DNA from: Blochmannia endosymbiont of Camponotus modoc
GTDB taxonomy: Bacteria > Pseudomonadota > Gammaproteobacteria > Enterobacterales > Enterobacteriaceae
Reading direction: 5' to 3'
Length of the DNA stretch: 32,000 nt
NCBI RefSeq assembly: GCF_023585785.1
Contig: NZ_CP097765.1
Coordinates: 570,001 to 602,000, forward strand
This document shows positions 1 through 12,272 of this stretch, in pieces. The translations under genes were made by a program, and so were the position numbers. Under the pieces are notes generated by a model. That model did not search any database. It saw only the letters and a program-made list of their open reading frames with translations, and was not told where the DNA came from. The first letter of the stretch is position 1, and each line of letters begins with the position of its first letter.

Positions 1-2
1 CT

Positions 3-152
3 CAATACGGGGTGGAATCAATACGTAAATTCGGAGTATTACGAGGTATCTGGATGACATGTATTCGTATATTGCAATGCCATCCTTTAACTGTAAATAA
101 CAATGAAAATTTTAAATATTATTCACATTCACATATTCAGGACATAATCAAC
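3..152 (+). CDS. yidD: C-terminal part of YidD (membrane protein insertion efficiency factor), partial at window edge; no stop codon before yidC
   Basis: Translation QYGVESIRKFGVLRGIWMTCIRILQCHPL matches the C-terminal YidD pattern recalled from E. coli ([29 protein letters not shown]). It lies immediately upstream of yidC, as in E. coli. Confidence 0.85.
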
Positions 153-1808
153 ATGGATTCGCAACGTAATTTCTTTGTGATAGCTTTTTTAATTATGTCG
201 TTTATACTATGGCAAATATGGCAAACAGAGTATCATCAAAGCACTAATATCCCAAAAATAAATATACATGAAAATACATATCCACTAATTCGTTCTGAAG
301 ATAATGATGAAATAAAATATATACATCATAAAAGTCATGTGATTACAGTAAAAACAGATGTGTTGTTACTCAAAATAAATACTTATGGAGGAGATATCGA
401 AGAAGCATATCTCGTGAATTATTTAGAGAATTTACATTCTACAGAACCTTTTCATCTATTAAGTACATCACAAGCATTTACATATCAAACAAACATCGGA
501 CTAATAAACGAAAATATACCGGGTCAATCATATAATAATAAAAAATTTATATACACTACCGCAACTGATAAAAGTATGTACACCATACCAAAAAATGAAG
601 ATAAATTACAATTAACTTTAACACATTACGCTTCCGATGGGATTACATATACTAAGAATTATATTTTTAACAGAAATGACTACTCCATATATGTATTCTA
701 TACCGTAAATAATATGAGCACTTATCCATTAAAAATTAAGTTGTTTGGTAATATAGTACAATCCGAACATTATCCCAAATTACATAATAACAGCGATAAC
801 GGAGATAATTTTCCTTTATACTCTTATCGAGGACCAGCATATTCTACTGATAAAAAAAAATATCAAAAATACAGCTTTAAAGATATAAAAAATATGAATT
901 TAAACATTAATACCTCTAAAGGTTGGATAGCAATGTCACAAAAATATTTTGCGACAGCTTGGATACCCCTTACTCAAGGAAATAATACATTTTATACTAC
1001 CTACCATGATAATAATAGTGCTTCTATAGGTTTTCAATCTGATTCAATATATCTCCCGATAGGAGAAACAGGTAAATTTCAATCTATATTATGGATAGGC
1101 CCAAAAATTCAAGAAAAGATGAAAGCAATAGCTCCAAATTTAGATCTATTAGTTGACTACGGATGGTTGTGGTTTATTTCTCAACCATTGTTTCAATTAT
1201 TGAGTTTTATTTACAGTTACATAGAAAATTGGGGTATATCTATTATTATTATAACATTAATTATACGTCTAACCATGTATCCTTTAACTAAAGCACAATA
1301 TACTTCTATGGCAAAAATACGCATGCTACAACCTAAATTATCTATAATACAAGAAGAATATAAACACGATAAATATCAATACCATCAAAAAACTATAGAA
1401 TTATATAAGTTAGAAAAAGTGAATCCATTGGGGGGATGCCTACCTTTATTAATCCAAATGCCAATATTCTTAGCTTTATATTATATGTTATCAGGTTCTG
1501 TAGAATTAAGGCATGCTGAATTTGCTTTCTGGATTCATGATTTATCTGCTCAGGATCCTTATTACATACTACCGATATTAATGGGAATTACTATGTTTTT
1601 TATACAAAAAATGTCGCCTACTACAATTACTGATGCGATACAGAAAAAAATGATGACTATCATGTTAATCATTTTTACTATATTTTTTTTATGGTTCCCA
1701 TCTGGTTTAGTATTATATTATATAGTAAGCAATATAATCACCATTATTCAACAATACATGATTTATCGAGAACTAGAAAAACAAGGATTACACAATAAAA
1801 ATAACTAA
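153..1808 (+). CDS. yidC: Membrane protein insertase YidC
   Basis: ORF track frame 12..1808. The canonical N-terminus MDSQRNFFVIAFLIMSFILWQ starts at the ATG at 153, with AGGA upstream. The conserved C-terminal region (LTKAQYTSMAKIRMLQPK, NPLGGCLPLLIQMPIFLALYYML) is intact. Confidence 0.97.
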   Translation: MDSQRNFFVIAFLIMSFILWQIWQTEYHQSTNIPKINIHENTYPLIRSEDNDEIKYIHHKSHVITVKTDVLLLKINTYGGDIEEAYLVNYLENLHSTEPFHLLSTSQAFTYQTNIGLINENIPGQSYNNKKFIYTTATDKSMYTIPKNEDKLQLTLTHYASDGITYTKNYIFNRNDYSIYVFYTVNNMSTYPLKIKLFGNIVQSEHYPKLHNNSDNGDNFPLYSYRGPAYSTDKKKYQKYSFKDIKNMNLNINTSKGWIAMSQKYFATAWIPLTQGNNTFYTTYHDNNSASIGFQSDSIYLPIGETGKFQSILWIGPKIQEKMKAIAPNLDLLVDYGWLWFISQPLFQLLSFIYSYIENWGISIIIITLIIRLTMYPLTKAQYTSMAKIRMLQPKLSIIQEEYKHDKYQYHQKTIELYKLEKVNPLGGCLPLLIQMPIFLALYYMLSGSVELRHAEFAFWIHDLSAQDPYYILPILMGITMFFIQKMSPTTITDAIQKKMMTIMLIIFTIFFLWFPSGLVLYYIVSNIITIIQQYMIYRELEKQGLHNKNN

Positions 1809-1883
1809 TAAAAATATTCAAAAAAAATTTATAACTCAAGTATATCTTCACATTGTAATATGTTTTAAAGTAAAATAAAAATT

Positions 1884-3296
1884 ATGAGCTATACAATAGA
1901 TACAGTAGTTGCTATTTCCACACCTCCAGGCCGTGGAGGTATTGGAATCATACGAATATCTGGAAAATCAGTTCCTGAAATTGCTCATAAATTGTTAGGA
2001 AAAATACCAAATCCCAGAAAAGCAGAGTATTTGCCTTTTTTAGACACGGATGGATCCATATTAGAACAAGTAATAGCCTTGTTTTTTCCTGAACCAAATT
2101 CTTTTACCGGGGAAAACATACTAGAAATCCATGGACATGGAGGCCAAATAATCCTAGATATATTATTAGAACGTATTTTAAAAACATCCTCTGATATTCG
2201 AATAGCACATCCAGGAGAATTTACTAAACGAGCATTCTTAAATAACAAAATAGATCTTGTCCAAGCAGAAGCAATAGCTGATATTATCGATGCTACTTCA
2301 TATCAAGCTGCAAAATCAGCATCAAATTCTTTACAAGGAATTTTCTCTCGTAAAATACATATAATATCAGAACAACTTACTAATCTACGCATGTACGCAG
2401 AATCATCTATTGACTTTTCAGAAGACGAAATTAGTATCATACCATATGAAGATATAAAAAAAAAATTGAGAAACATTATAAACGATGTACAAAAAATGTA
2501 TAAATCAACCTATCACGGCGTTTTACTCCGTGAAGGAATAAAAATAGTAATTGCTGGAAAACCAAATGCTGGAAAATCTAGTTTATTTAATGCATTAGTT
2601 GGTATTGATAGAGCAATTATAAGTACGATATCTGGAACCACACGAGATACATTGCATGAATGTGTTCAATTGAATGGAATAGCATTCCATATTACTGACA
2701 CTGCTGGGCTACAAAAAAAAAGCGATAATGAAATAGAACAAATTGGGATGAAACGTACATGGGAAGAATTAAGTAACTCAGATCATATATTATGGGTAAT
2801 TGATCCTAACGACAAAACAGATAAGGAACATGACATCACATTAGAACACGTAGAAAAAGTACTGTTTTGCAAAAATAAAAAACCTTCTATCACAATTATA
2901 CATAATAAATCTGATTTAACCAAAAATAAAATCGGAATCAGTATAATAAATAATTATACAATTATCACGTTATCGGCTTTATTTGATGATGGAACAGACT
3001 TATTAAAAGAATATTTAAGTAATAATATCAAATTTCAAATACAGGAAGATTACGCTTACAATCTTTCTGAAAATCAAGGAAATTTCATTGCGCGTAGACG
3101 TCACTTAGATGCACTTGAAAAATCTTCTAAATACCTTTTGTCTGCTCAAACCCAACTATTATCTGCTATGTCGATCAATGAACTTTTTGCTGAAGATCTT
3201 GGATTAGCACATAAGGAATTAAGCAAAATTTTTGGAAAATGTACTCCTGATGATTTATTAACAAGAATATTCTCTACATTTTGTATTGGAAAATGA
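1884..3296 (+). CDS. mnmE: tRNA modification GTPase MnmE (TrmE)
   Basis: 470 aa with N-terminal TPPGRGGIGIIRISG, G1 motif GKPNAGKSSLFNAL, DTAGLQ and the C-terminal CIGK motif. Confidence 0.98.
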   Translation: MSYTIDTVVAISTPPGRGGIGIIRISGKSVPEIAHKLLGKIPNPRKAEYLPFLDTDGSILEQVIALFFPEPNSFTGENILEIHGHGGQIILDILLERILKTSSDIRIAHPGEFTKRAFLNNKIDLVQAEAIADIIDATSYQAAKSASNSLQGIFSRKIHIISEQLTNLRMYAESSIDFSEDEISIIPYEDIKKKLRNIINDVQKMYKSTYHGVLLREGIKIVIAGKPNAGKSSLFNALVGIDRAIISTISGTTRDTLHECVQLNGIAFHITDTAGLQKKSDNEIEQIGMKRTWEELSNSDHILWVIDPNDKTDKEHDITLEHVEKVLFCKNKKPSITIIHNKSDLTKNKIGISIINNYTIITLSALFDDGTDLLKEYLSNNIKFQIQEDYAYNLSENQGNFIARRRHLDALEKSSKYLLSAQTQLLSAMSINELFAEDLGLAHKELSKIFGKCTPDDLLTRIFSTFCIGK

Positions 3297-3539
3297 TGAC
3301 TCATAAACTCACAAGTAATTTTCATAATATTTTATAAATATAAAATAAATTGCAAGGATTAAATCGTTTCTTTGCTATGTATGATTACATATAAGTTATA
3401 GATTAATAAATACTAGATAGACTATACATGCAAACCAACATATACACTTCGAAAAAGATATAGAAATAATTTCTTAATAAAATAAACTATGTTTATATAA
3501 TGTTTGCTTGGCGAATAATTCTTAAATAAAAAATACAAA

Positions 3540-4928
3540 TTATTTTTTATTTTTTAATCGCTTCCAATTTAAAATAGAAAATTGTCGTATTCTACTAATA
3601 ATAGTTTCATTAGCTGGCACATCTCGAGTTACTGTAGTTCCGGCTCCAATAGTTGCATTTTTTCCAATAGTAATTGGAGCTATCAGATGACTATCAGCTC
3701 CAATAAAAACATCATCACCAATAATAGTTTTATGTTTCTTGATGCCATCATAATTGCAAATAATAGTGCCGGCTCCGATATTTACTTGATTACCAATTTC
3801 TGCATCACCTAAATAACTAAGGTGTTTAACCTTGGATTTCTCACCCAATCGAGTATTTTTTATTTCTACAAAATTTCCCACATGACTTTTTTCTTTTAAT
3901 TCAGTTCCTGGTCTCAACCGTGCAAATGGCCCAACTTTGCTTTGGAAACTTACTGTTGTATTTTCAATTATTGAAAATGGGTATATCTCTACATCATCTT
4001 CAACTATCGTATCTTTCAATATACAACTTGCTCCTATTTTAACTCTATTCCCCAAAGAAACATGCCCCTCAATGATCACATTGATATCAATGTACACATC
4101 CTTCCCATGTACTAATGTTCCTCTTAAATCAAACCTATTTGGATCAATAATCATCAATCCTGATGATAATAAACATCGTACTTTTCTTTGTTGATATTGT
4201 TTGTCTAAATAAACGAAATCTGATTTACTATTTACTCCCATTATTTCAAATGTATCATCAGGACACATGGTATGTATAATGTAACCTGATTGATGAGCTA
4301 TCTGAATTATATCTGTTAAATAAAATTCATTTTTTGACTTATGAGTTGTTAATGTGCTTAACCAACGCTTTAAATGATCAGAAATAGCAATAAAAATACC
4401 AGTACTGACTTCTTTAATTTTTTTTTGATCATCATTAATGATATCATCATGTTCTATGATGCTAACAACGCTCCCTTCTTGGTTTCGAACAATACGCCCA
4501 TATCCTTTTGGATTAGGTAGTGTAGCAGTTAACATACTTATATCACATTGGGATTTAATGACATGCAATCGTTGTAATGTTTTATGAGAAACAAAAGGAA
4601 CATCGCCATATAAAATAAGAACTTCTTCGTTATCACTGATGATAGGTAACACTCTCCGAACAGCATCTCCAGTCCCAATAAGATCATGTTGCAATATCCA
4701 ATGTACAGGAATTTTGTATTGATCCGTATTAATTTTTTTTATTATTATTTCTCCTTTATATCCATGTACCACATATATGGAGCTAACACCTACTTGTATT
4801 ACAGAATCAATCAAATGTTGTAACATAAACTTACCACCAATTTGGTACAACACTTTTGGTGTATCAGACAACATTCTATTACCTCTACCGGCAGCAAGGA
4901 TAATCGCGCTGAAATTAATATACGACAT
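3540..4928 (-). CDS. glmU: Bifunctional UDP-N-acetylglucosamine pyrophosphorylase / glucosamine-1-phosphate N-acetyltransferase
   Basis: 462 aa with IILAAGRGNRM and a C-terminal left-handed beta-helix region including TYLGDAEIGNQVNIGAGTI(I)CNYDG-like sequence. Confidence 0.97.
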   Translation of the reverse strand: MSYINFSAIILAAGRGNRMLSDTPKVLYQIGGKFMLQHLIDSVIQVGVSSIYVVHGYKGEIIIKKINTDQYKIPVHWILQHDLIGTGDAVRRVLPIISDNEEVLILYGDVPFVSHKTLQRLHVIKSQCDISMLTATLPNPKGYGRIVRNQEGSVVSIIEHDDIINDDQKKIKEVSTGIFIAISDHLKRWLSTLTTHKSKNEFYLTDIIQIAHQSGYIIHTMCPDDTFEIMGVNSKSDFVYLDKQYQQRKVRCLLSSGLMIIDPNRFDLRGTLVHGKDVYIDINVIIEGHVSLGNRVKIGASCILKDTIVEDDVEIYPFSIIENTTVSFQSKVGPFARLRPGTELKEKSHVGNFVEIKNTRLGEKSKVKHLSYLGDAEIGNQVNIGAGTIICNYDGIKKHKTIIGDDVFIGADSHLIAPITIGKNATIGAGTTVTRDVPANETIISRIRQFSILNWKRLKNKK

Positions 4929-5012
4929 AATCTTGATATACTTTCTGTGATTCTTATTTTTAGTGATAAACTATTCTTATTACATTAAACATATAACTAC
5001 ATATACATAAAC

Positions 5013-5038
5013 AAAAAACTTATTTATACAATAAATAA
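5013..5038 (-). terminator. Candidate intrinsic terminator at the end of the atp operon
   Basis: On the - strand TTATTTAT-TGT-ATAAATAA-GTTTTTT gives an 8-bp stem, 3-nt loop and T6 tract. It begins about 16 nt past the atpC stop. The stem is entirely A/T, so it would be weak. Confidence 0.4.
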
Positions 5039-5053
5039 AGATATCATTACTAG

Positions 5054-5488
5054 TTACATATGCTTATTCTTTTTAGTTAATTCCATTAATCTAAGTTTTG
5101 CAATAGCTTTAGATATATCTGAAGTTATTTTAATATAATCTATATCAGAAGTATGGCGATAATTTTTAATATGTTTTTCAGCTGCATATTTAGCTTCTCT
5201 GGCTTTTTTTTCATCTAATTCTTCCGCTCGGATGGCTGTATCCGCCAATATCGTCACTATATTTCTCTGAACCTCAAGTATACCCCCAGATATATATACG
5301 TATTCTTCATTATCATATGATTTTACTATGCGCAATACTCCTGGCTTAATCGACGTAAGTAACGGAGTATGACCTGGAAAAATACCCATTTCACCTTCAA
5401 TACCTGTTACTTGAATTTTACAAACTACGCCAGAGAATATTTCTCTTTCAACAGAAACAACAGTTAAGTAATAAGTACATTCAGACAT
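5054..5488 (-). CDS. atpC: ATP synthase F1 epsilon subunit
   Basis: [29 protein letters not shown]... matches AtpC. I prefer the internal start at 5488 over the ORF-track start at 5512. Confidence 0.95.
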   Translation of the reverse strand: MSECTYYLTVVSVEREIFSGVVCKIQVTGIEGEMGIFPGHTPLLTSIKPGVLRIVKSYDNEEYVYISGGILEVQRNIVTILADTAIRAEELDEKKAREAKYAAEKHIKNYRHTSDIDYIKITSDISKAIAKLRLMELTKKNKHM

Positions 5489-5526
5489 TCTGATATCTAG
5501 ACCTTTTATCAATAAAATAAAAAAAT

Positions 5527-6939
<1,413 letters not shown>

Positions 6940-6945
6940 TTAAGT

Positions 6946-7812
6946 TTATATTACAGAAGCTCCTGAAACAATTTCAGTAAGTTCTTCCGTAATTTTAGTT
7001 TGTCTAGCTTTATTATAAAACAACTTTAAATCATTAATAATAACTTCTCCATTATCCGAAGCTGTCTTCATCGCCATCATTCGAGCAGATTGTTCACTAG
7101 CTAAATTTTCTACTACTCCCTGGTAAACTTGTGATTCAATATATCTTTGTAATAAACTGTTTAACAAAACTTTAGAATCAGGTTCATATAAATAATCCCA
7201 ATATTTAGTTTTTAATATAGAGTTTTTTGAGGAAATGATTGGTAGAATCTGTAAAATCTGAGGACTCTGAGTTAAGGTATTAACAAATTTATTATACGCT
7301 AAATATAGCCTATCTATCTGATTATTATCATACAACTGCAACATTACTCTCACAGACCCAATTAGCGCTGACATTTTAGGAGCATCTCCAATCCCACAAA
7401 CACAACTGACTATCTTTGTTTGTTTTATGGAACGTAAAAAAGAAGCGCCCTTTGACCCAATAATAGCTAATCTAATCGTTATTCCCTCCTGACTCCATTT
7501 GTTAAAATCACACAATAATGTTTTAAGTAAGTTAATATTCAACCCTCCTGTTAATCCTCTATCCGTAGAGACTACCCAGTAACCAACAGATTGAATTTTT
7601 CGTTCTAAAAAATAAGAATGTTTATATTCTAACGTCCCTGAAGAAATATGATCAATTACTTTACGAATAGTTTCCGCGTACGGTTTACTTATTAACATAC
7701 GCCTCTGAGTTTGATAAATCTTAGCAGCAGAAATCATTTCCATAGCCTTGGCAATTTTTTGTATATTGCGAATGCTATCTATTTTCCCGCGTATTTCTTT
7801 TAAACCAGACAT
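6946..7812 (-). CDS. atpG: ATP synthase F1 gamma subunit
   Basis: The canonical N-terminus [31 protein letters not shown] starts at 7812. The ORF track extends 13 codons further to 7851. Confidence 0.96.
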   Translation of the reverse strand: MSGLKEIRGKIDSIRNIQKIAKAMEMISAAKIYQTQRRMLISKPYAETIRKVIDHISSGTLEYKHSYFLERKIQSVGYWVVSTDRGLTGGLNINLLKTLLCDFNKWSQEGITIRLAIIGSKGASFLRSIKQTKIVSCVCGIGDAPKMSALIGSVRVMLQLYDNNQIDRLYLAYNKFVNTLTQSPQILQILPIISSKNSILKTKYWDYLYEPDSKVLLNSLLQRYIESQVYQGVVENLASEQSARMMAMKTASDNGEVIINDLKLFYNKARQTKITEELTEIVSGASVI

Positions 7813-7844
7813 ATTTCTATTCCGCAACGATAACACATTTGAGT

Positions 7845-9386
7845 TTACCAAGATTGATTTGATTTAAAAGTCTCAAGAATACTTTTAAATTTATTTTCAA
7901 TATTCATATTATATACACCATCATAATCAATTATTTTAATCAGCTCCTTTTCCGTATAAGTCATATACAATATTAATGCAGACTCAAAATCACTTATTTT
8001 TGAAACCTCAACATCTTCTAAATAACCATGCACTGCTGCAAACAAAATAATAGATTGGCACGAAACAGACATAGGTGCATATTGTTTCTGTTTTAATAAT
8101 TCAGTTACCTTTTGACCATGCTGCAATTGCTTTTGAGTAACCTCATCTAGTTCCGAAGCAAATTGAGAAAAAGCAGCTAATTCACGATATTGAGCTAAAG
8201 CTGTGCGAATTCCTCCAGATAACACCTTCATGATGTTAGTTTGAGCAGATCCTCCAACTCGCGATACCGAAATACCTGGATTTACCGCGGGACGAATTCC
8301 TGAATTAAATAAATGAGATTCTAAAAAAATCTGACCGTCAGTAATAGAAATAACATTAGTTGGAATAAACGAAGAAACATCTCCGGCTTGAGTTTCAACA
8401 ATAGGTATTGCAGTTAACGAACCAGTTCTTCCTATTATCTTGCCGTGAGTACGCCGCTCTACATAGTCAGAGCTAACTCTAGAAGCTCGTTCTAACAAAC
8501 GAGAATGTAAATAAAATATATCCCCTGGATATGCTTCACGCCCAGGAGGACGTCGTAGTAATAAAGAAATTTGACGATAAGCGATCGCTTGTTTAGAAAG
8601 ATCATCGTATACAATTAATGCATCTTCCCCGAGATCTCTAAAATATTCTCCCATAGCACATCCAGAATAAGGAGCTAAATATTGTAATACAGCTGATTCA
8701 GAAGCAGATGCAATAACCACAATAGTATTGGACAACGCACGATGTTCTTCTAGTTTTTTTACAACATTAGCTACAGTTGTTGCCTTCTGACCAATAGCAA
8801 CATAAATACATTTAACCCCGCTATAACGTTGATTAATAATAGCATCAATTGCTAATGCAGATTTTCCAGTTTGACGATCTCCTATAATTAATTCACGTTG
8901 ACCACGTCCAATAGGTATCATAGAGTCGACAGACTTATACCCTGTTTGAATAGGTTCGTCTATCGATTTACGATCGATTACACTAGGCGCAACGGCTTCT
9001 ACCGGCAAATAACAAGAACATTGTATGACTCCTTTATTATCTACAGGGACCCCTAATGCATTTACTACTCTTCCCAACAACGCTGTTCCAACAGGAACTC
9101 TTAATATATTTCCTGTGCATTTTGCCACCATTCCTTCAGACAAATTTAAATATGAACCCATAACTACAGCACCGACAGAATCACGTTCTAAATTCAATGC
9201 TACAGCAAACTGATCTGATGGCAAAGCAATCATTTCACCTTGCATGACATTAGTTAATCCATGTATATGGATGACTCCATCGCCTACAGCAGTAATAGTA
9301 CCTTCATTACGAATCTCACACGTTATATCAAATTGGGCAATACGTCGCTTAATTAATTTGCTAATTTCATTTGAATTTAATTGCAT
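7845..9386 (-). CDS. atpA: ATP synthase F1 alpha subunit
   Basis: 513 aa with [24 protein letters not shown] and C-terminal FKSNQSW. Confidence 0.99.
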   Translation of the reverse strand: MQLNSNEISKLIKRRIAQFDITCEIRNEGTITAVGDGVIHIHGLTNVMQGEMIALPSDQFAVALNLERDSVGAVVMGSYLNLSEGMVAKCTGNILRVPVGTALLGRVVNALGVPVDNKGVIQCSCYLPVEAVAPSVIDRKSIDEPIQTGYKSVDSMIPIGRGQRELIIGDRQTGKSALAIDAIINQRYSGVKCIYVAIGQKATTVANVVKKLEEHRALSNTIVVIASASESAVLQYLAPYSGCAMGEYFRDLGEDALIVYDDLSKQAIAYRQISLLLRRPPGREAYPGDIFYLHSRLLERASRVSSDYVERRTHGKIIGRTGSLTAIPIVETQAGDVSSFIPTNVISITDGQIFLESHLFNSGIRPAVNPGISVSRVGGSAQTNIMKVLSGGIRTALAQYRELAAFSQFASELDEVTQKQLQHGQKVTELLKQKQYAPMSVSCQSIILFAAVHGYLEDVEVSKISDFESALILYMTYTEKELIKIIDYDGVYNMNIENKFKSILETFKSNQSW

Positions 9387-9421
9387 AATCTTGTTTATAC
9401 CTTTTAAATAATGCTAAAATA

Positions 9422-9967
9422 TTAAGATTGTAGTACATGATTTAAGCGAAAAATACGTCCACGTATACTTCCATCAATCACAGTATCTCCAATACGAATA
9501 ATTACACCAGCCAGTATATCTTTATCTACTTTATGTATTGGATTTACTGTTTTAGATAAACGTTTAGCCATCATATCAGTAATTTTTTTCAGCTGATTAT
9601 ACTTCAAAGGCCAAGCAGAGATAATTTCTATCTCTACAGTATGTCCATATATAGAACATAAATAAGTAAACTCTTGAAACACAATTGGTAATAATAATAA
9701 ACGATTATTTTCCGCCATAATATAGATTATATTTTTACTGAAGATATCAACTTGTTTCTTTTGATAATCTTCACAAATAGCAATAAATATATCTGACAAT
9801 CTTTTTGGTTCTAAACATCTAAAAAATAAAGATTTTACTAATCTATTTAGACTAATCTTAGAAAATAAATCAAGAACGGATTTCCACTTGTTTATATTTT
9901 TCTGTTCTACAGCTATATCAAATATAGCTTGAGCGTATGTACGTGCAACCACAAGCATATTAGACAT
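9422..9967 (-). CDS. atpH: ATP synthase F1 delta subunit
   Basis: 181 aa between atpA and atpF. ARTYAQAIFDIAVEQ at the N-terminus and GVIIRIGDTVIDGSIRGRIFRL near the C-terminus. Confidence 0.96.
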   Translation of the reverse strand: MSNMLVVARTYAQAIFDIAVEQKNINKWKSVLDLFSKISLNRLVKSLFFRCLEPKRLSDIFIAICEDYQKKQVDIFSKNIIYIMAENNRLLLLPIVFQEFTYLCSIYGHTVEIEIISAWPLKYNQLKKITDMMAKRLSKTVNPIHKVDKDILAGVIIRIGDTVIDGSIRGRIFRLNHVLQS

Positions 9968-10450
9968 CTAATCCTCATATGACAACGTATTAATAATATT
10001 ATTTAAAAGATCTATATCAATCATTTCATTTATAGAATGTTCTATAATTTTCTCTGTACCTTCAATTACAAGTTTACTAATTTGCTTTCGTAATTCGTCA
10101 GTAACACGTTTTCTTTCATAAATAATCTGTTCTCGCGCTTGAGATAAAATTCTACTTTGCTCTTTTTCAGCTTCATGTTTAGCTTCATTAATTATTTGCA
10201 TTCTACATATATTTGCTTGTTTTATAATTTCTTGAGCTTTGACCCGAGCTTGTCTCAAACAAAGCAAAGCTTCAGCATTGGCACGCTCAGATTCTGTTTT
10301 AGCATGAGTAGCAGAAACTAAATTATCAGAAATTTCTTTTTGACGTTTCTCAATAATAGATATAAATGGATACCACACATACTTCATACAAAACCAAACA
10401 AACAAGATAAATGAAATAGTTTGACCTAATATTGTTGCATTAAGATTCAC
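9968..10450 (-). CDS. atpF: ATP synthase F0 subunit b
   Basis: 160 aa with MNLNATILGQTISFILFVWFCMKYVWYPF followed by a long helical region. Its TAG stop directly abuts the atpH ATG. Confidence 0.96.
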   Translation of the reverse strand: MNLNATILGQTISFILFVWFCMKYVWYPFISIIEKRQKEISDNLVSATHAKTESERANAEALLCLRQARVKAQEIIKQANICRMQIINEAKHEAEKEQSRILSQAREQIIYERKRVTDELRKQISKLVIEGTEKIIEHSINEMIDIDLLNNIINTLSYED

Positions 10451-10509
10451 AGCACAAATCCTGATATTTAATAATCAATATAATAAATACATTCAATTAA
10501 TTTTCATTG

Positions 10510-10776
<267 letters not shown>

Positions 10777-10790
10777 TTACATTATTCATT

Positions 10791-11636
<846 letters not shown>

Positions 11637-11661
11637 TTATAAATATTTTACAATGTTCCTG

Positions 11662-11677
11662 TGTAATGTACATTACA
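11662..11677. repeat. 16-bp perfect palindrome TGTAATGTACATTACA
   Basis: Read directly. It overlaps the transcription start predicted from the 11683-11710 promoter. Confidence 0.8.
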
Positions 11678-11682
11678 GCCTC

Positions 11683-11710
11683 GATATACAACTTGTCGCT
11701 AACGTGTCAA
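11683..11710 (-). promoter_or_regulatory. Candidate sigma70-type promoter for the atp operon
   Basis: On the - strand TTGACA (11710-11705), 16-nt spacer, TATATC (11688-11683), about 80 nt upstream of the atpB start. The -35 is a perfect consensus and the -10 matches 4/6. Confidence 0.45.
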
Positions 11711-12272
11711 ATAAGTCCAAAATCATTATTATGCATAACTTACAATGATGTTGTATTCGAGAAGAATAACAGTGCCTGCATCAACTTTAAAAAGTTAGTA
11801 CTAATAGAAAATAATAAGAACACTCCCTCTTTTCACACAATCATATACTAATGCAATAAAAGAGAATTAAAAAATGGCACTATGAATTAATTAGTAAATT
11901 TCACATAATATATTACAACTACAGAAACAAACATACGACTGAACTATAGTTTAATGTAGGAAAATAATTTATCTTATAATTAATAACCACTAATGCAACT
12001 AAAAACTCAGTATAATCCTTTTTTCAAAAAATTCAAAGCGTAAAATTTAGATACATATCAACAACCGTATAATATTAAAACAAATACCATACATAACAAA
12101 CCATTAAAATAGTACAATTACTATTATTATCTCTATATAAAACTGTTATTGGAAAAAACATAAATATACCACAATTTACACGTCCAACTCTCTCCATATA
12201 GTAGCGATCACAAACACCCCATATAGGGATCAAATAATCTTGATTAAATAGAAAAATCCATTATTCTCTAGA

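Noticed and set aside
1985-2248. 87-aa antisense ORF inside mnmE
   Set aside because: Shadow ORF opposite a strongly conserved CDS with no independent homology visible.
3329-3346. Inverted repeat ATTTTATA-AA-TATAAAAT after mnmE
   Set aside because: Entirely A/T, no T tract on the relevant side, and common by chance at this composition. Not strong enough to call a terminator.
3582-4194. 76-aa and 85-aa + ORFs opposite glmU
   Set aside because: Antisense shadows of conserved hexapeptide-repeat coding sequence, with no start context or known domain.
9025-9213. 62-aa + ORF opposite atpA
   Set aside because: Antisense shadow of a highly conserved gene.
11666-11851. 61-aa ORF on + in the atpB-mnmG spacer
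   Set aside because: No recognisable domain and low-complexity, AT-driven composition. It overlaps the candidate atp promoter on the other strand, so it is most likely a random ORF.
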